From Candidatus Mycalebacterium zealandia (GTDB lineage: Bacteria; Desulfobacterota_D; UBA1144; Nemesobacterales; Mycalebacteriaceae), in the NCBI GenBank assembly GCA_014075295.1, contig CP046180.1, positions 698,458-762,457 of the forward strand: a stretch of 64,000 nucleotides of DNA, read 5' to 3'. The position numbers and the translations under genes are program-made. The notes under the pieces were generated by a model. The model had not been told where the DNA came from. It saw only the letters and a list, made by a program, of their open reading frames with translations, and ran no database searches. The first letter of the stretch is position 1. The number at the start of each line of letters is the position of its first letter. Below are positions 10,879 through 22,325 of the stretch, one piece after another.

Positions 10879-11409
10879 TTATTTTCCTTCCGCAAAATCC
10901 GGCTCTTCCATATAATTTTTTGAGTTTTTTATGTAGTTGTCAGCCGATGTTCTTATGCTTTCCCTCTCCTCGTTCGTCAGGTCTCTTGCCACTTTCGCCG
11001 GAACTCCGACCGCGAGTTTTCCCGAAGGTAAAACAAAACCCGGAGGCACAACCGCACCCGCGCCCACTATTGATTCCTCGTTGATTTCCGCTCCGTCAAG
11101 CACGACTGCTCCCATTCCTATCAAAACCCTGTTTTTGATTACGCATCCGTGAACAATCGCATTGTGCCCAATGGTAACATGGTCTCCTATTTCAAGCGGA
11201 TGCATGCCGCCGGTTACATGAAGCATTGAGTTGTCCTGCACGTTTGTCCCCTCACCGATTTTTATGTGGTGGACATCGCCTCTTGCCACCGTGTTGAACC
11301 ATATGCTTGAACGCGCGCCGATGGCAACATCTCCGACTATTACCGCTTGCTTTGCTATAAACGCGCTCGGATGTATGGACGGAGTTTTTCCTTTCAGGGA
11401 TTTAATCAA
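10879..11409 (-). CDS. gamma-class carbonic anhydrase / hexapeptide-repeat (LbH) family protein
   Basis: 176 aa; left-handed beta-helix hexapeptide repeats, His residues as in gamma-CA/YrdA/PaaY family. Confidence 0.8.
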   Translation of the reverse strand: MIKSLKGKTPSIHPSAFIAKQAVIVGDVAIGARSSIWFNTVARGDVHHIKIGEGTNVQDNSMLHVTGGMHPLEIGDHVTIGHNAIVHGCVIKNRVLIGMGAVVLDGAEINEESIVGAGAVVPPGFVLPSGKLAVGVPAKVARDLTNEERESIRTSADNYIKNSKNYMEEPDFAEGK

Positions 11410-11410
11410 T

Positions 11411-13324
11411 TTATTTGTCTGTTATTTCCGCGTCTATAACTTCCCCGTCATCGCCGCCCTTTTTCTTGTCGGGTTGTTCTCCGCCGGGCTGTTTCGCGTC
11501 CGCCGCGCCGTCGGTTGCGCTCTGCTGCTGTTTATACATAATCTCGGCGAGTTTGTGAGACGCTTTTGTTATCGCTTCGGACGCTTTTTCAATCTCGTCC
11601 GCATTACCGGATTTTATCGCGGTTCTTCCCGATTCAAGCGCCTGCTCAAGATCTTTGCTCTCTTCGTCCGACAGTTTGTCCTTATGTTCTTTAAAGGTCG
11701 TTTCGGTTGAGTAAATCAACTGATCAAGCTGATTTTTCGCCTGAACGGTTTTGTGTTTTTGCTCGTCTTCATCGCTCTTTTCCTCCGCCTCTTTTATCAT
11801 CGCGTCTATCTCTTCCTGAGACAGTCCGCTTGACGCCTCAACCTTGATTTTCTGCTCTTTGTCGGTTGCCTTGTCTTTTGCCGTAACATGCAGAATGCCG
11901 TCCGCGTCTATGTCAAAAGACACCTCGATCTGAGGAAGCCCTCTGGGCGCGGCGGGGATTTTGTCCAGAATGAACTTTGCAAGAGTTCTGTTGTCCGTGG
12001 ACATTTTCCGCTCTCCCTGAAGAACATGGATTTCCACCTGCGTCTGATTGTCTTCGGCGGTTGTGAATATCTGGCTTTTCTGGGTCGGGATTGTCGTGTT
12101 CGCTTCAATTATCGGGGTCATTATTCCGCCAAGTGTTTCAATTCCGAGCGAAAGCGGCGTAACATCCAGAAGCAGAATGTCTTTTACGTCTCCGCCGAGC
12201 ACCGCGCCCTGAATAGCCGCTCCCATTGCAACAACCTCATCGGGATTGATTCCCTTATGAGGTTCCTTGCCGAAAAATTCCGTAACGGTTTTCTGCACAA
12301 GCGGCATTCTTGTTGAACCGCCGACAAGCAGAACTTCCGATATGTCGGACGCTTTGAGTCCGGCGTCTTGAAGAGCTTTTTGGCACGGTTCCAATGTTCC
12401 CTTGACCATCGGTTCTATTAACTGCTCCAACTTCGATCTTGTGATTTTCATCACAAGATGCTTCGCGCCCGAAGAGTCCGCGGTTATAAACGGAAGGTTG
12501 ATTTCCGTTTCCAGTTTGCTTGACAGTTCCACCTTGGCTTTTTCCGCCGCCTCTCTGAGACGCTGAATTGCCGTTTTGTCTCCCGCGAGTTCTATGCCGC
12601 TGTCTTTTTTGAACTCTTCAATAATGTAGGAGATTATGTGGCGGTCAAAGTCGTCTCCTCCGAGAGCCGTATTGCCGTTGGTTGATTTCGCTTCAATAAC
12701 ACCTTCGCTTATCTCAAGCACGGAAACATCGAAGGTTCCGCCTCCAAGGTCGTAAACCACAATTTTGCGGTCTTTCTGATTGTCAAAACCGTATGCGAGC
12801 GCCGCCGCGGTCGGCTCGTTGATAATTCTGTCAACCTTGAGCCCCGCTATTTTGCCCGCGTCTTTTGTCGCCTGCCGCTGGCTGTCATTGAAATACGCCG
12901 GAACGGTTATGACCGCTTCCGTTACTTCGGAACCGATGTAGCTTTCCGCCGCCTTTTTAAGTTTCATCAAAACATGGGACGCTATCTGCGGCGGAGAGTA
13001 TTTTTCCCCTTCAATCTCAATCCACGCATCTTTGCCTTTGTCCGCCGAAACCACATTGTAGGGAAGTTTCTCCACAAGGTCCTGAACCTCATCCAACCGT
13101 CTTCCAATCAAGCGTTTGGACGAATAAACCGTGTTTGCGGGATTGACTACCGCCTGCCTTTTTGCCGAAGCACCGACAAGTGTTCCGTCATCTTTTGTGA
13201 AAGCCACGGTTGAAGGGGTTGTGCGCTCTCCCTCCTCGTTCACTATTACCTTTGCTTCTCCGCCTTCCACAACTGAGACGACGGAGTTTGTTGTTCCGAG
13301 GTCTATACCGATTATTTTTGACAT
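11411..13324 (-). CDS. dnaK: chaperone DnaK (Hsp70)
   Basis: 637 aa; [29 protein letters not shown] signatures. Confidence 0.95.
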   Translation of the reverse strand: MSKIIGIDLGTTNSVVSVVEGGEAKVIVNEEGERTTPSTVAFTKDDGTLVGASAKRQAVVNPANTVYSSKRLIGRRLDEVQDLVEKLPYNVVSADKGKDAWIEIEGEKYSPPQIASHVLMKLKKAAESYIGSEVTEAVITVPAYFNDSQRQATKDAGKIAGLKVDRIINEPTAAALAYGFDNQKDRKIVVYDLGGGTFDVSVLEISEGVIEAKSTNGNTALGGDDFDRHIISYIIEEFKKDSGIELAGDKTAIQRLREAAEKAKVELSSKLETEINLPFITADSSGAKHLVMKITRSKLEQLIEPMVKGTLEPCQKALQDAGLKASDISEVLLVGGSTRMPLVQKTVTEFFGKEPHKGINPDEVVAMGAAIQGAVLGGDVKDILLLDVTPLSLGIETLGGIMTPIIEANTTIPTQKSQIFTTAEDNQTQVEIHVLQGERKMSTDNRTLAKFILDKIPAAPRGLPQIEVSFDIDADGILHVTAKDKATDKEQKIKVEASSGLSQEEIDAMIKEAEEKSDEDEQKHKTVQAKNQLDQLIYSTETTFKEHKDKLSDEESKDLEQALESGRTAIKSGNADEIEKASEAITKASHKLAEIMYKQQQSATDGAADAKQPGGEQPDKKKGGDDGEVIDAEITDK

Positions 13325-13325
13325 T

Positions 13326-14171
13326 TTATTCCTCCATTTTTGCCATGCTGACGCTTGGCGACCGCTTGATTTTGGAAATGGCTTTGTTTTCTATCTGCCG
13401 TATCCTTTCAGCGGAGATTCTGAATTTTTTTCCGAGATCCTCAAGTTTGACGGGAGTTTCTGTTAGAAAACGCGATGTGATAATTTCCCTTTCGCGCTCA
13501 TCAAGTCCGTCAAGCGCTTTGTTCAAAGCCGTTTTCCGCCAATTTTCATTTTGCGATTTCGCGAGAGCCGTTTCCTGAGACGGGGTTGTGTCCGCGACAA
13601 GTTCAAGATACGAGCCCGCGCCGGACATTCCGCCGATTTTGGAATCAAGCGAAAAATCCCTAGCCGAAGTTCTAGTTTCCATCTCCGTTATTTCCCGCGC
13701 GCTCACGCCTAGCATTTCGGACAGTTTTTCAGGTGTTGTTTTCTCTTCCGAAAGCGCGCGTCGCGCCGCAGAAATTTTCTGGAACAGTTTTCTTTCGTTG
13801 CGACTGCTTCCTATTCTTACACTGCTCCAGAACCGCATAATGTGCTCGTTTATGCGCGCCCTTATCCACCAGACCGCGTATGAAACAAGGCGGTAGCCGC
13901 GATGCGGATTGAATTTTTTGACCGCGGTCATCAGCCCGAGCGCCCCTTCCTGAATGAGGTCCATGAGGGAAACATCGTAACTTGTGTAATTTTTCGCTAT
14001 GCGAACCACAAAGCGCAGGTTTGAATTCACAAGAACACGCGCCGCGTCAAGGTCGCCCGTTTCCCAATGCTTCACGGCAAGGGCGAATTCCTCCTCTCTG
14101 CTGAGCAACGGGTAACACTCAACCTCTTTCATGAACGCGCCGATATTTGAATTTAACGCAAGTATTTTCAT
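13326..14171 (-). CDS. rpoH: RNA polymerase sigma-32 (heat-shock) factor
   Basis: sigma-70 family regions 2 and 4; [30 protein letters not shown] closely parallel E. coli RpoH; RpoH-box-like RKLFQKI; immediately upstream of dnaK. Confidence 0.8.
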   Translation of the reverse strand: MKILALNSNIGAFMKEVECYPLLSREEEFALAVKHWETGDLDAARVLVNSNLRFVVRIAKNYTSYDVSLMDLIQEGALGLMTAVKKFNPHRGYRLVSYAVWWIRARINEHIMRFWSSVRIGSSRNERKLFQKISAARRALSEEKTTPEKLSEMLGVSAREITEMETRTSARDFSLDSKIGGMSGAGSYLELVADTTPSQETALAKSQNENWRKTALNKALDGLDEREREIITSRFLTETPVKLEDLGKKFRISAERIRQIENKAISKIKRSPSVSMAKMEE

Positions 14172-14357
14172 TTCCACTTCCCTAGGCAAACAAAATAAGC
14201 ACCGAAAGTCCCATGTCAAGCGGTAAAGACGCGCCCGAAAAAGAAACCTTTTAAGTTACGGGTAAAAATTTGTGTGTGAAATAAGGCGGTTACACCGCAA
14301 ACCGTAAGTGTAATATCTCTTTGGTGTTTTTACATTTACGGTGAAAACCGCGTTTTT

Positions 14358-15521
14358 TCAGCCGGATATGGATTTTACCGCTTTTTCCGCGGCTTCCTTC
14401 ATATCCGCGGCGGTTGTTATGTCAAGTCCGGATTCCGAGAGCATTTTTCTGCCGAGTTCAACGTTTGTGCCTTCAAGCCGCACAACGAGCGGAACATTGA
14501 TTCCGACTTCTTTGGCGGCGGCGATAATGCCTTCCGCAATGACATCGCATTTCATTATGCCGCCGAATATGTTGACCAGAACCGATTTCACGTTCTTGTC
14601 GCTGAGTATCATTTTGAACGCTTTCGTTACCTGTTCAGTGGTAGCGCCGCCGCCGACGTCAAGGAAGTTGGCCGGCTCGCCGCCGTAGTATTTAATAATG
14701 TCCATTGTCGCCATCGCAAGCCCCGCCCCGTTGACAAGGCATCCTATGTTGCCTTCCATTTTGACGAAGCTGATTCCCACCTCTCTCGCTTCCACATCAA
14801 GCGGGTTTTCGTCGCTTACGTCCCGCATTTCTTCAAGCGCTTTGCGCCTGTACAGGGCGTTGTCATCAATATTCACTTTGCAGTCAAGCGCGCGCAACTC
14901 GCCCTCTCCGGTCAGTATCAGAGGGTTTATCTCCGCGATTGCGCAGTCATTTTCAGTGTAAAGCCTGTAAAGCGCTGATATAAAAGCGACCGCTTTGTTC
15001 ACCGCTTTGCCCGTAAGGCCGATTCCAAAGGCGATACGCCTGCATTGAAACGGCTGTATGCCGATTGCCGGGTCAATAAATTCCTTGATAATCTTTTCAG
15101 GCGTCTTTTCCGCGACTTCCTCAATTTCCACCCCGCCCTCGGAACTTGCCATAACAACGTCCTTTTCGTTTGAGCGGTCTGACACAATCGCCAGATAAAA
15201 CTCGTGCTTGATGTCCGCCGGCTCTTCAATGAGAACTTTGCGCACAACCTTTCCTTCGGGTCCGGTCTGGTGTGTTACAAGCGTCATCCCCAGCATTTCG
15301 GAACTGATTTTTTCCACCTCTTCGGGGGTTTCGGCAATTTTAATTCCGCCCGCTTTTCCTCTGCCCCCGGCAAGCACCTGTGCCTTGACAACAAACTTGT
15401 CAAACTTCAGGGATTTGGCGTGTTCCACCGCCTCTTTTGCCGTAGCCGCCACCTTTCCCGCCGGAACGGGTACACCGTATTTTCCCAGCAATTCCTTTGA
15501 TTGATATTCGTGAAGGTTCAT
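14358..15521 (-). CDS. sucC: succinate--CoA ligase (ADP-forming) beta subunit
   Basis: 387 aa; [12 protein letters not shown]..., ATP-grasp, [18 protein letters not shown]; near full-length colinearity with E. coli SucC. Confidence 0.9.
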   Translation of the reverse strand: MNLHEYQSKELLGKYGVPVPAGKVAATAKEAVEHAKSLKFDKFVVKAQVLAGGRGKAGGIKIAETPEEVEKISSEMLGMTLVTHQTGPEGKVVRKVLIEEPADIKHEFYLAIVSDRSNEKDVVMASSEGGVEIEEVAEKTPEKIIKEFIDPAIGIQPFQCRRIAFGIGLTGKAVNKAVAFISALYRLYTENDCAIAEINPLILTGEGELRALDCKVNIDDNALYRRKALEEMRDVSDENPLDVEAREVGISFVKMEGNIGCLVNGAGLAMATMDIIKYYGGEPANFLDVGGGATTEQVTKAFKMILSDKNVKSVLVNIFGGIMKCDVIAEGIIAAAKEVGINVPLVVRLEGTNVELGRKMLSESGLDITTAADMKEAAEKAVKSISG

Positions 15522-15539
15522 TTTTTTCTCCTCGGGAGT

Positions 15540-16301
15540 TTATTTAAGGGCTGATTTTATCCAATCCCTTTTCATTCTTGCAATGTTAATGATTGAAATT
15601 CCTTTTGGGCAGACGGCTTCGCACTCGGCGTGGTTTGAGCAGTTTCCGAACCCTTCGGCGTCCATCTGGTTGATCATCCTTCTAACTCTGCCCGCCGCTT
15701 CGGGTTTACCCTGAGGCAGAACTCCCAAATGCGATATTTTCGCCGATGTGAAAAGCGAAGCGGACGCGTTCGGGCAAGCCGCAACGCATGCTCCGCACCC
15801 TATGCATTCGGCTGAATCCATGGCGTCATCCGCTATGTTTTTAGGAACGGGAACGTCATTCGCGTTCGGCGCGCTTCCCGTGTTTACCGAGATGTATCCG
15901 CCCGCGCTTATGATTCTGTCAAACGCGCTTCTGTCAACAACAAGGTCTTTTTGAACCGGAAAAGCGTTTGCCCTGAACGGTTCAATAAATATGGTGTCTC
16001 CGTTGTTAAAATGACGCATATGTAACTGGCAAACCGTTGTTGTTGATTCGGGTCCGTGAGCTTCTCCGTTGATGGTAATTCCGCAAGTGCCGCAAATTCC
16101 CTCTCTGCAGTCGCTGTCAAAAGCGATGGGGTCTTTATTTTCCTTAATCAACCCCTCGTTCACGACATCAAGCATTTCAAGAAAAGACATATCGGGCGAC
16201 ACGCCCGCCGCTTCGTATTTTTCCATCGCACCTTTGGATTGTGCGTCTTTCTGCCGCCAGACCATCAGCGTGAGGTTCATTGTTTTGGAGTTTTCAGACA
16301 T
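15540..16301 (-). CDS. sdhB: succinate dehydrogenase/fumarate reductase iron-sulfur subunit
   Basis: 253 aa; 2Fe-2S ([10 protein letters not shown]) and two 4Fe-4S Cys clusters ([12 protein letters not shown]; [12 protein letters not shown]). Confidence 0.9.
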   Translation of the reverse strand: MSENSKTMNLTLMVWRQKDAQSKGAMEKYEAAGVSPDMSFLEMLDVVNEGLIKENKDPIAFDSDCREGICGTCGITINGEAHGPESTTTVCQLHMRHFNNGDTIFIEPFRANAFPVQKDLVVDRSAFDRIISAGGYISVNTGSAPNANDVPVPKNIADDAMDSAECIGCGACVAACPNASASLFTSAKISHLGVLPQGKPEAAGRVRRMINQMDAEGFGNCSNHAECEAVCPKGISIINIARMKRDWIKSALK

Positions 16302-16310
16302 TGAAACGGT

Positions 16311-18221
16311 TTATTTGTAACTCCTCGTTGACGGTTTCACAAACTCAAAGCCCAAAGTTTCCTTCTGAATCTCGGGACTTCCGTCCGGATTGTTTTTCCA
16401 CGCGGCAACATAGGCGTATTTTTCATCATCGCGCAACGCTTCGCCCTCTTCGGTCTGATATTCCTCCCTGAAATGTCCGCCGCACGACTCCTCTCTTTCA
16501 AGAGCGTCTTTCGCCATCAGTTCGCCGAGTTCAAGAAAATCCGCGACCCTGCCCGCCATTTCAAGGTTTTTGTTTATAGTGTCGGAGTTTTCGGGGATTT
16601 TGACGTTGCTCCAAAACTCCTCTTTGAGTTTAGGTATTTCAGCAAGCGCGTGGTTCAAGCTGTCTTTGCTTCTGGACATTCCTACATAGTCCCACATGAT
16701 TTTTCCGAGCTCGCGGTGGAACTCCAACACTGTCTTGCTTCCTTTAATTGACAGCATTTTGTCCGTGCTTTTCCGGACGGATTCGGCGGCTTGCTTGAAT
16801 TCATCCACGCTGGCGCTGATGTCCGGCAAATTCGCGCCGGCAAAGTATTCGCCTATTGTATAGGGAATGACAAAATATCCGTCCGCGAGCCCCTGCATAA
16901 GCGCGCTCGCGCCGAGCCGATTTGCTCCGTGGTCTGAAAAATTCGCCTCTCCGAGAACAAAAAGACCGGGAATTGTACTCATCAGTTTGTAATCAACCCA
17001 CAACCCGCCCATGCAGTAATGAACAGCGGGATAGATTCTCATTGGAACTTCGTAGGGGTTTTCGTCCGTGATTTTGTGATAGATATCAAAAAGGTTGCCG
17101 TATTTTTCCTTGACCGCGTCCCGCCCGAGGCGTTCTATCGCGTATGCAAAATCCAGATAGACTGAGAGCCCGGTTTCTCCCACTCCCCGCCCCTCGTCGC
17201 ATATCGCCTTGGCGGCTCTTGAAGCCACGTCTCTCGGCACCAGATTTCCATAGGCGGGGTATCTTCTCTCAAGGTAGTAGTCCCTCTCATTTTCAGGGAT
17301 TTGGTCGGGGCTTCGTTTGTCGTCCTTGTTTTTCGGAACCCACACTCTTCCGTCATTGCGCAGACTTTCGCTCATGAGCGTCAATTTTGACTGATGGTCT
17401 CCCGACACGGGAATACATGTGGGATGAATTTGCGTAAAACATGGATTGGCGAACAGTGCGCCTTTTTTATGGCAGCGCCATGCCGCTGTCGCGTTTGAGT
17501 TTTTGCCGTTTGTGGAAAGATAGTAGATGTTGCCGTATCCGCCGGTCGCGAGAACAACCGCGTCCGCACTGTATGATTCTATTTCGCCGGTCGCGAGATT
17601 TCTGCACACCACTCCGCGCGCCGCGTCTCCGATGACGACAAGGTCAAGCATCTCTCTCATCGGGAAAATCTCAACACTTCCCTTGTCCACCTGTCTCATA
17701 AGCGCGCTATATGCGCCTATGAGCAACTGTTGCCCGGTTTGTCCGCGCGCGTAGAAAGTTCTGGACACCTGAGCGCCCCCGAAAGAGCGGTTTTCAAGCA
17801 GCCCCCCGTAGTCTCTGGCGAACGGAACGCCCTGCGCGACGCACTGGTCTATAATTCCCGCACTTATTTCCGCAAGCCGGTAAACGTTTGCCTCTCTTGC
17901 CCTGTAGTCCCCGCCTTTGATTGTGTCATAAAAAAGACGCCATACGCTGTCTCCGTCATTCTGGTAGTTTTTCGCGGCGTTGATTCCGCCCTGCGCGGCG
18001 ATACTGTGAGCTCTTCTCGGAGAATCTTGTATGCAGATGTTTGTTATTTGATATCCCAACTCCGCCAAAGACGCGCTTGCGGAAGCTCCGGCGAGCCCGC
18101 TACCCACCACAATGACTTTGAACCCGCGTTTATTCGCCGGATTGACCAGAGGCACGGTGGATTTGTATTTAGTCCATTTATCTTTAAGTGCGCCTTCGGG
18201 AATTTTTGCGTTAAAAGACAA
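16311..18221 (-). CDS. sdhA: succinate dehydrogenase/fumarate reductase flavoprotein subunit
   Basis: 636 aa; FAD-binding [14 protein letters not shown]; catalytic His/Arg region conserved. Confidence 0.9.
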   Translation of the reverse strand: MSFNAKIPEGALKDKWTKYKSTVPLVNPANKRGFKVIVVGSGLAGASASASLAELGYQITNICIQDSPRRAHSIAAQGGINAAKNYQNDGDSVWRLFYDTIKGGDYRAREANVYRLAEISAGIIDQCVAQGVPFARDYGGLLENRSFGGAQVSRTFYARGQTGQQLLIGAYSALMRQVDKGSVEIFPMREMLDLVVIGDAARGVVCRNLATGEIESYSADAVVLATGGYGNIYYLSTNGKNSNATAAWRCHKKGALFANPCFTQIHPTCIPVSGDHQSKLTLMSESLRNDGRVWVPKNKDDKRSPDQIPENERDYYLERRYPAYGNLVPRDVASRAAKAICDEGRGVGETGLSVYLDFAYAIERLGRDAVKEKYGNLFDIYHKITDENPYEVPMRIYPAVHYCMGGLWVDYKLMSTIPGLFVLGEANFSDHGANRLGASALMQGLADGYFVIPYTIGEYFAGANLPDISASVDEFKQAAESVRKSTDKMLSIKGSKTVLEFHRELGKIMWDYVGMSRSKDSLNHALAEIPKLKEEFWSNVKIPENSDTINKNLEMAGRVADFLELGELMAKDALEREESCGGHFREEYQTEEGEALRDDEKYAYVAAWKNNPDGSPEIQKETLGFEFVKPSTRSYK

Positions 18222-18230
18222 TTTTGTTTT

Positions 18231-18905
18231 TTATCCTCCGTGCCCGGTGATGTGCACCCAAAGTGGTATCACAAGAAATCCCGCCGCCAGAACAACCGCC
18301 ATCAAGTATCCCGCCGTGGTTACAAAAGATATATATTTTTTGTTCACCGCTCCCAGAGACTGAAACGCACTCCAGTATCCGTGGCGCAGGTGGAAGCCCA
18401 GAAAAATCATCGCCGCCATATATAGAACCACATTGAGGTGGCTTTCAAAAAAATTGTAAACAAGCGCGTGAAGATCTCTTGTCACTTCGCCGTTAATCGT
18501 AGTGTAGTACCCTTCGGCGATTCCGGGACCGAACCGGAAAGACAAAACATGCCACACGACAAACGCTCCGAGCAGTATGCCCGTGTAAATCATATTTCTT
18601 GAAACCGCGGGGCTTGTGGTGGTTGCTCTGCCTTTTGACGTCGCTTCGTATTTTCCGGTGCGGGCTTTTCTGTTGGAAATTGTGATGGCGATGGAACTGA
18701 TTATGTGAGCGGCGAACAGCGCAAGCAACCCTATTTCAATAGCCATGAGAAGCCAGCCGAGGTCGTGAAGGTATTTGGCGTAGGTGTTGAAAAGATTTGA
18801 GTCATCGCTGAAAAGCGTCAAGTTGCCCAGAAGGTGGACTACAAGAAATGAGATAAGTCCAATGCCCGTGAGCGCGTTGAGAATTTTTTTCGCTACTGAT
18901 GGCAT
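18231..18905 (-). CDS. sdhC: succinate dehydrogenase cytochrome b subunit (single 5-TM type B anchor)
   Basis: 224 aa; five hydrophobic helices with conserved His; gene order sdhC-A-B. Confidence 0.75.
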   Translation of the reverse strand: MPSVAKKILNALTGIGLISFLVVHLLGNLTLFSDDSNLFNTYAKYLHDLGWLLMAIEIGLLALFAAHIISSIAITISNRKARTGKYEATSKGRATTTSPAVSRNMIYTGILLGAFVVWHVLSFRFGPGIAEGYYTTINGEVTRDLHALVYNFFESHLNVVLYMAAMIFLGFHLRHGYWSAFQSLGAVNKKYISFVTTAGYLMAVVLAAGFLVIPLWVHITGHGG

Positions 18906-18908
18906 TGA

Positions 18909-19847
18909 TTATCCTTTTATTTTATCAATCTTATCACACAACTCTTTTACGCTTGCGACTGAAGTTTTCAACTGTTTGGCTTCGGTCTTCGTAAGGTCTA
19001 CTTCAACTATCTCTTCCGCGCCGCCCGCGCCAAGTTTTACCGGAAGCCCGGCAAACATTCCTTTGACGCCGTATTCGCCCTCGGCGAGCACACAGCATGG
19101 AAGAACCTGTTTTTTGTCTTTGATTATGGCTTCCGCCATCAGAGCCGCGGCCGCTCCCGGCGCATAGAAAGCGCTTCCTGTTTTAAGCAGTCCCACAATT
19201 TCCGCGCCGCCCTTGCGGGTTCTATCTATCAGGGCGTTTATTCTTTTTTTCGGAAGAATGTCCGTAAGCGGGATTCCCGAAACCGTCGTGTAGCGCGCAA
19301 GCGGAACCATATCGTCTCCATGCCCACCAAGCACAAACGCGTCTATGTTTTCCACCGAAACATTCAGTTCTTCCGCTATGAAGGTTTTGAAGCGCGCCGA
19401 GTCCAGAACGCCAGCCATTCCCATCACCCTGTGTTTTTGGAAACCACTTGTTTTGTAAGCCGCATAAACCATAGCGTCAAGCGGGTTGGTTACAAGAATA
19501 AGAATTGCCTTCGGGGATTTTTTCACCGCCGCTTTGACTACCTGACGGATAATTTTTGTGTTTGTGGCAAGCAGGTCATCTCTGCTCATTCCCGGCTTTC
19601 TCGCGATGCCCGAAGTGATGATTATGATGTCCGAACCGGCCGTTTCATCATATTCATTGCTTCCGCAGACTTTTACGTTAACACCCAGGACCGCGCACAT
19701 CTGCGACATGTCCAGTGCTTTGCCCTGCGGCATATCCTCAACTATGTCAACGATTACGACGTCGGCAATCTCGGCCTCAGCGACTCTCATAGCTGCGGTC
19801 GCGCCAACGTTACCTCCGCCTATGATGGAAACTTTCGGCCTGGCCAT
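18909..19847 (-). CDS. mdh: malate dehydrogenase (LDH-like NAD-dependent)
   Basis: 312 aa; VSIIGGGNVG Rossmann motif, TNPLDAMV, GGHGDDMV. Confidence 0.9.
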   Translation of the reverse strand: MARPKVSIIGGGNVGATAAMRVAEAEIADVVIVDIVEDMPQGKALDMSQMCAVLGVNVKVCGSNEYDETAGSDIIIITSGIARKPGMSRDDLLATNTKIIRQVVKAAVKKSPKAILILVTNPLDAMVYAAYKTSGFQKHRVMGMAGVLDSARFKTFIAEELNVSVENIDAFVLGGHGDDMVPLARYTTVSGIPLTDILPKKRINALIDRTRKGGAEIVGLLKTGSAFYAPGAAAALMAEAIIKDKKQVLPCCVLAEGEYGVKGMFAGLPVKLGAGGAEEIVEVDLTKTEAKQLKTSVASVKELCDKIDKIKG

Positions 19848-19867
19848 GTTTTGCTACCCTCTGGGGT

Positions 19868-21244
19868 TTAACCCATATTATCAACTATGGCGTTGCCAAA
19901 TTCACTGCATTTTAGGAGAGTTGCTCCGTCCATAAGGCGCTCAAAGTCGTAGGTAACGGTTTTCTTCCTGATTGACTCCGCCATGCCTTTCTCAATAAGG
20001 TCGGCGGCTTCATTCCAGCCGAGATGGCGGAACATCATGACTCCGGAAAGAATTACCGAACTGGGGTTCACTTTGTCCTGCCCGGCGTATTTAGGAGCCG
20101 TTCCGTGGGTTGCCTCGAAGATTCCGTGCCCCGTTTCGTAGTTTATGTTTGCCCCCGGAGCGATTCCTATTCCCCCGACCTGTGCGGCAAGGGCGTCTGA
20201 CAGATAGTCTCCGTTGAGGTTCATGGTTGCGATAACGTCAAACTCTTTGGCTCTGGTGAGAACCTGCTGAAGAGTTATGTCCGCAATGGTGTCTTTAACC
20301 AGCAGTTTTTTCTTGTATGCTCCGTTCCCGTGTGAACCGTAGATTGAATTGACAACATTCTCCACTTCACTGCACAAATCAGCTTTCTGTGTTTCTGTCA
20401 TCATGTCGTATCCGGGGTCTATTTTTTTCGCGTTGTCTTCGATGCTGATTTCCGGGTCTCTGTCTTTATTGTCCAGTATCCAGCTTTCCCTTTCTGTTAT
20501 GGTCTGGTCACGAAATTCTGAAACCGCCACCTCAAAGCCCCAGTCTTTGAAAGCGCCTTCGGTAAATTTCATTATATTGCCTTTGTGAACAAAGCAGACG
20601 CTTTTGCGTTCGTGTTCCAGAGCGTAGCGAATCGCGGCACGGACAAGGCGGGCTGTTCCTTCCTGTGAAACCGGTTTGATTCCAATTCCCGAAGTTTCAG
20701 GAAAGCGGATTTTCTCAACTCCCATTTCGTCCTGTATAAAATTGATGATTTTTTTTGCTTCCGGAGTTTGAGATTTCCATTCAATTCCCGCGTAGATGTC
20801 TTCGGAGTTTTCGCGAAAAATCACCATGTCAACATTTTGAGGACTTTTGACCGGACTCGGAACGCCTTCGTACCATCTCACCGGACGCAGACAGACATAA
20901 AGGTCAAGTATTTGCCTGAGCGCCACATTGAGGCTTCTTATGCCTCCGCCAATCGGGGTTGTGAGAGGCCCCTTGATTCCCACAAGGTATTTTCTAAAAC
21001 CCTCAACGGTTTCGTCCGGAAGCCAGTTTCCGGTCTCATTAAACGCTTTTTCTCCGGCGAGTACTTCAAACCAGTCAATTTTTTTCTTTCCGGCGTACGC
21101 TTTTTCGACCGCCGAATCAAAAACATACTGGGAAGATTTCCAGATGTCGGGTCCTGTTCCGTCCCCTTCAATGAAGGGAATTACCGGATTGTCGGGAACT
21201 TGCAGTTTGCCCTGTTTGATGCTTATTGTCTTTCCTTGCGGCAT
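19868..21244 (-). CDS. icd: isocitrate dehydrogenase (NADP)
   Basis: 458 aa; isocitrate/isopropylmalate DH family; [11 protein letters not shown]-terminal region. Confidence 0.9.
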   Translation of the reverse strand: MPQGKTISIKQGKLQVPDNPVIPFIEGDGTGPDIWKSSQYVFDSAVEKAYAGKKKIDWFEVLAGEKAFNETGNWLPDETVEGFRKYLVGIKGPLTTPIGGGIRSLNVALRQILDLYVCLRPVRWYEGVPSPVKSPQNVDMVIFRENSEDIYAGIEWKSQTPEAKKIINFIQDEMGVEKIRFPETSGIGIKPVSQEGTARLVRAAIRYALEHERKSVCFVHKGNIMKFTEGAFKDWGFEVAVSEFRDQTITERESWILDNKDRDPEISIEDNAKKIDPGYDMMTETQKADLCSEVENVVNSIYGSHGNGAYKKKLLVKDTIADITLQQVLTRAKEFDVIATMNLNGDYLSDALAAQVGGIGIAPGANINYETGHGIFEATHGTAPKYAGQDKVNPSSVILSGVMMFRHLGWNEAADLIEKGMAESIRKKTVTYDFERLMDGATLLKCSEFGNAIVDNMG

Positions 21245-21365
21245 ATGTCTTTTCTCCCTAAATTACGAAAATGAAGTGTCCGAAAGCAGTCTTTCGGTTC
21301 GGGGAATAATAATTGTGCAAGAAGTTGTTGTCAACGGCGTCAAGGTGGTTTTAAGCCGGTGGGGT

Positions 21366-22223
21366 TTAAAAATCCACCTGTTTGAGTTCCCAATACGCCT
21401 TTGAATCTTTGAGGTGTTCGTTTCCCAGGAGACGGTCTATCGCTTTTTTCCCTTCCCTGTCCGTTTTGTGCGGGTTCGCGCCGTTTTTGATGAGAGCGAC
21501 CACAACGTCGGGGTTTGTGCTGTTCCACGCGGCTTTTAACAGAGGCGTTTTTCCGTCAAGCCCCGTTATGTTTGGGTCCGCTCCGTTTTGCACAAGCGCG
21601 AGGATTACTTTTTCGTTTGCGTTGTTCCACGCCGCTTTCATAAGAGCGGTTTCGCCGTTGCTGTCAACCTCATTGGCGTTGGCTCCTTTTTCTATGAGAG
21701 TCTCAAGTATTTTTTCGTTTGTGTTGTTCCACGCCGCAAACATAAGAGCGGTTTCTCCGTTCGGGGTTCGGGCTCTTACATCAGCTCCGTTCTCTATCAG
21801 AGCAAGAATAACTTCATGGTTCGGATTTACTTCCGCCGCTACCATAAGAGGGGTTTTGCCTTCATTGTTTCTTGCATTGACCTCCGCCCCGTTTTGTATA
21901 AGAGTGATAAAACTTTCCGTATCCTGCCTTGCTATGGCGGCAATTATAAGAGGCGAATTTCCCCGATCGTCTCTTCCGTTAGCGTCCGCTCCTTTTCTGA
22001 CTGCGGTTTCAATCTGTCTGTGGGTCGCGTCACGAACGAAAGTGATGTCCGTGAGGCTGTTTTTTGGAGTGTGCTGGGAAAGGAATACTACTATAAGTCC
22101 TATGACGCAGATTGCCGCAAGCGCGGCTATGAGCCACTTGCTTAAATTGTTTAGCCTTTGCCCGATTCTCCAGCGTACGGGAAAAGGCTCAAAATATTTT
22201 TCGGTCTTCTTTTTCTTCCACAC
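21366..22223 (-). CDS. membrane-anchored ankyrin-repeat protein
   Basis: 285 aa; N-terminal TM helix (LIAALAAICVIGLIVVFL), then ~6 ankyrin repeats of the dialect NxNxE(V/I)IxALIxNGADxNA(R)xxxGxTxLMxAA. Confidence 0.75.
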   Translation of the reverse strand: MWKKKKTEKYFEPFPVRWRIGQRLNNLSKWLIAALAAICVIGLIVVFLSQHTPKNSLTDITFVRDATHRQIETAVRKGADANGRDDRGNSPLIIAAIARQDTESFITLIQNGAEVNARNNEGKTPLMVAAEVNPNHEVILALIENGADVRARTPNGETALMFAAWNNTNEKILETLIEKGANANEVDSNGETALMKAAWNNANEKVILALVQNGADPNITGLDGKTPLLKAAWNSTNPDVVVALIKNGANPHKTDREGKKAIDRLLGNEHLKDSKAYWELKQVDF

Positions 22224-22325
22224 TTAGGTGCACACTCAGTAGTAACGGCACTTCAACTCTCTTGGTGCGCCTTCAATATCCTCTGAATATAACAAACCGC
22301 CACAACAAAAACAAATAAACGGAAG

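Noticed and set aside
21382-22227. 281-aa plus-strand ORF and 21588..22145 ORF
   Set aside because: They are antisense to the minus-strand ankyrin gene. They have low complexity and no recognisable domain.
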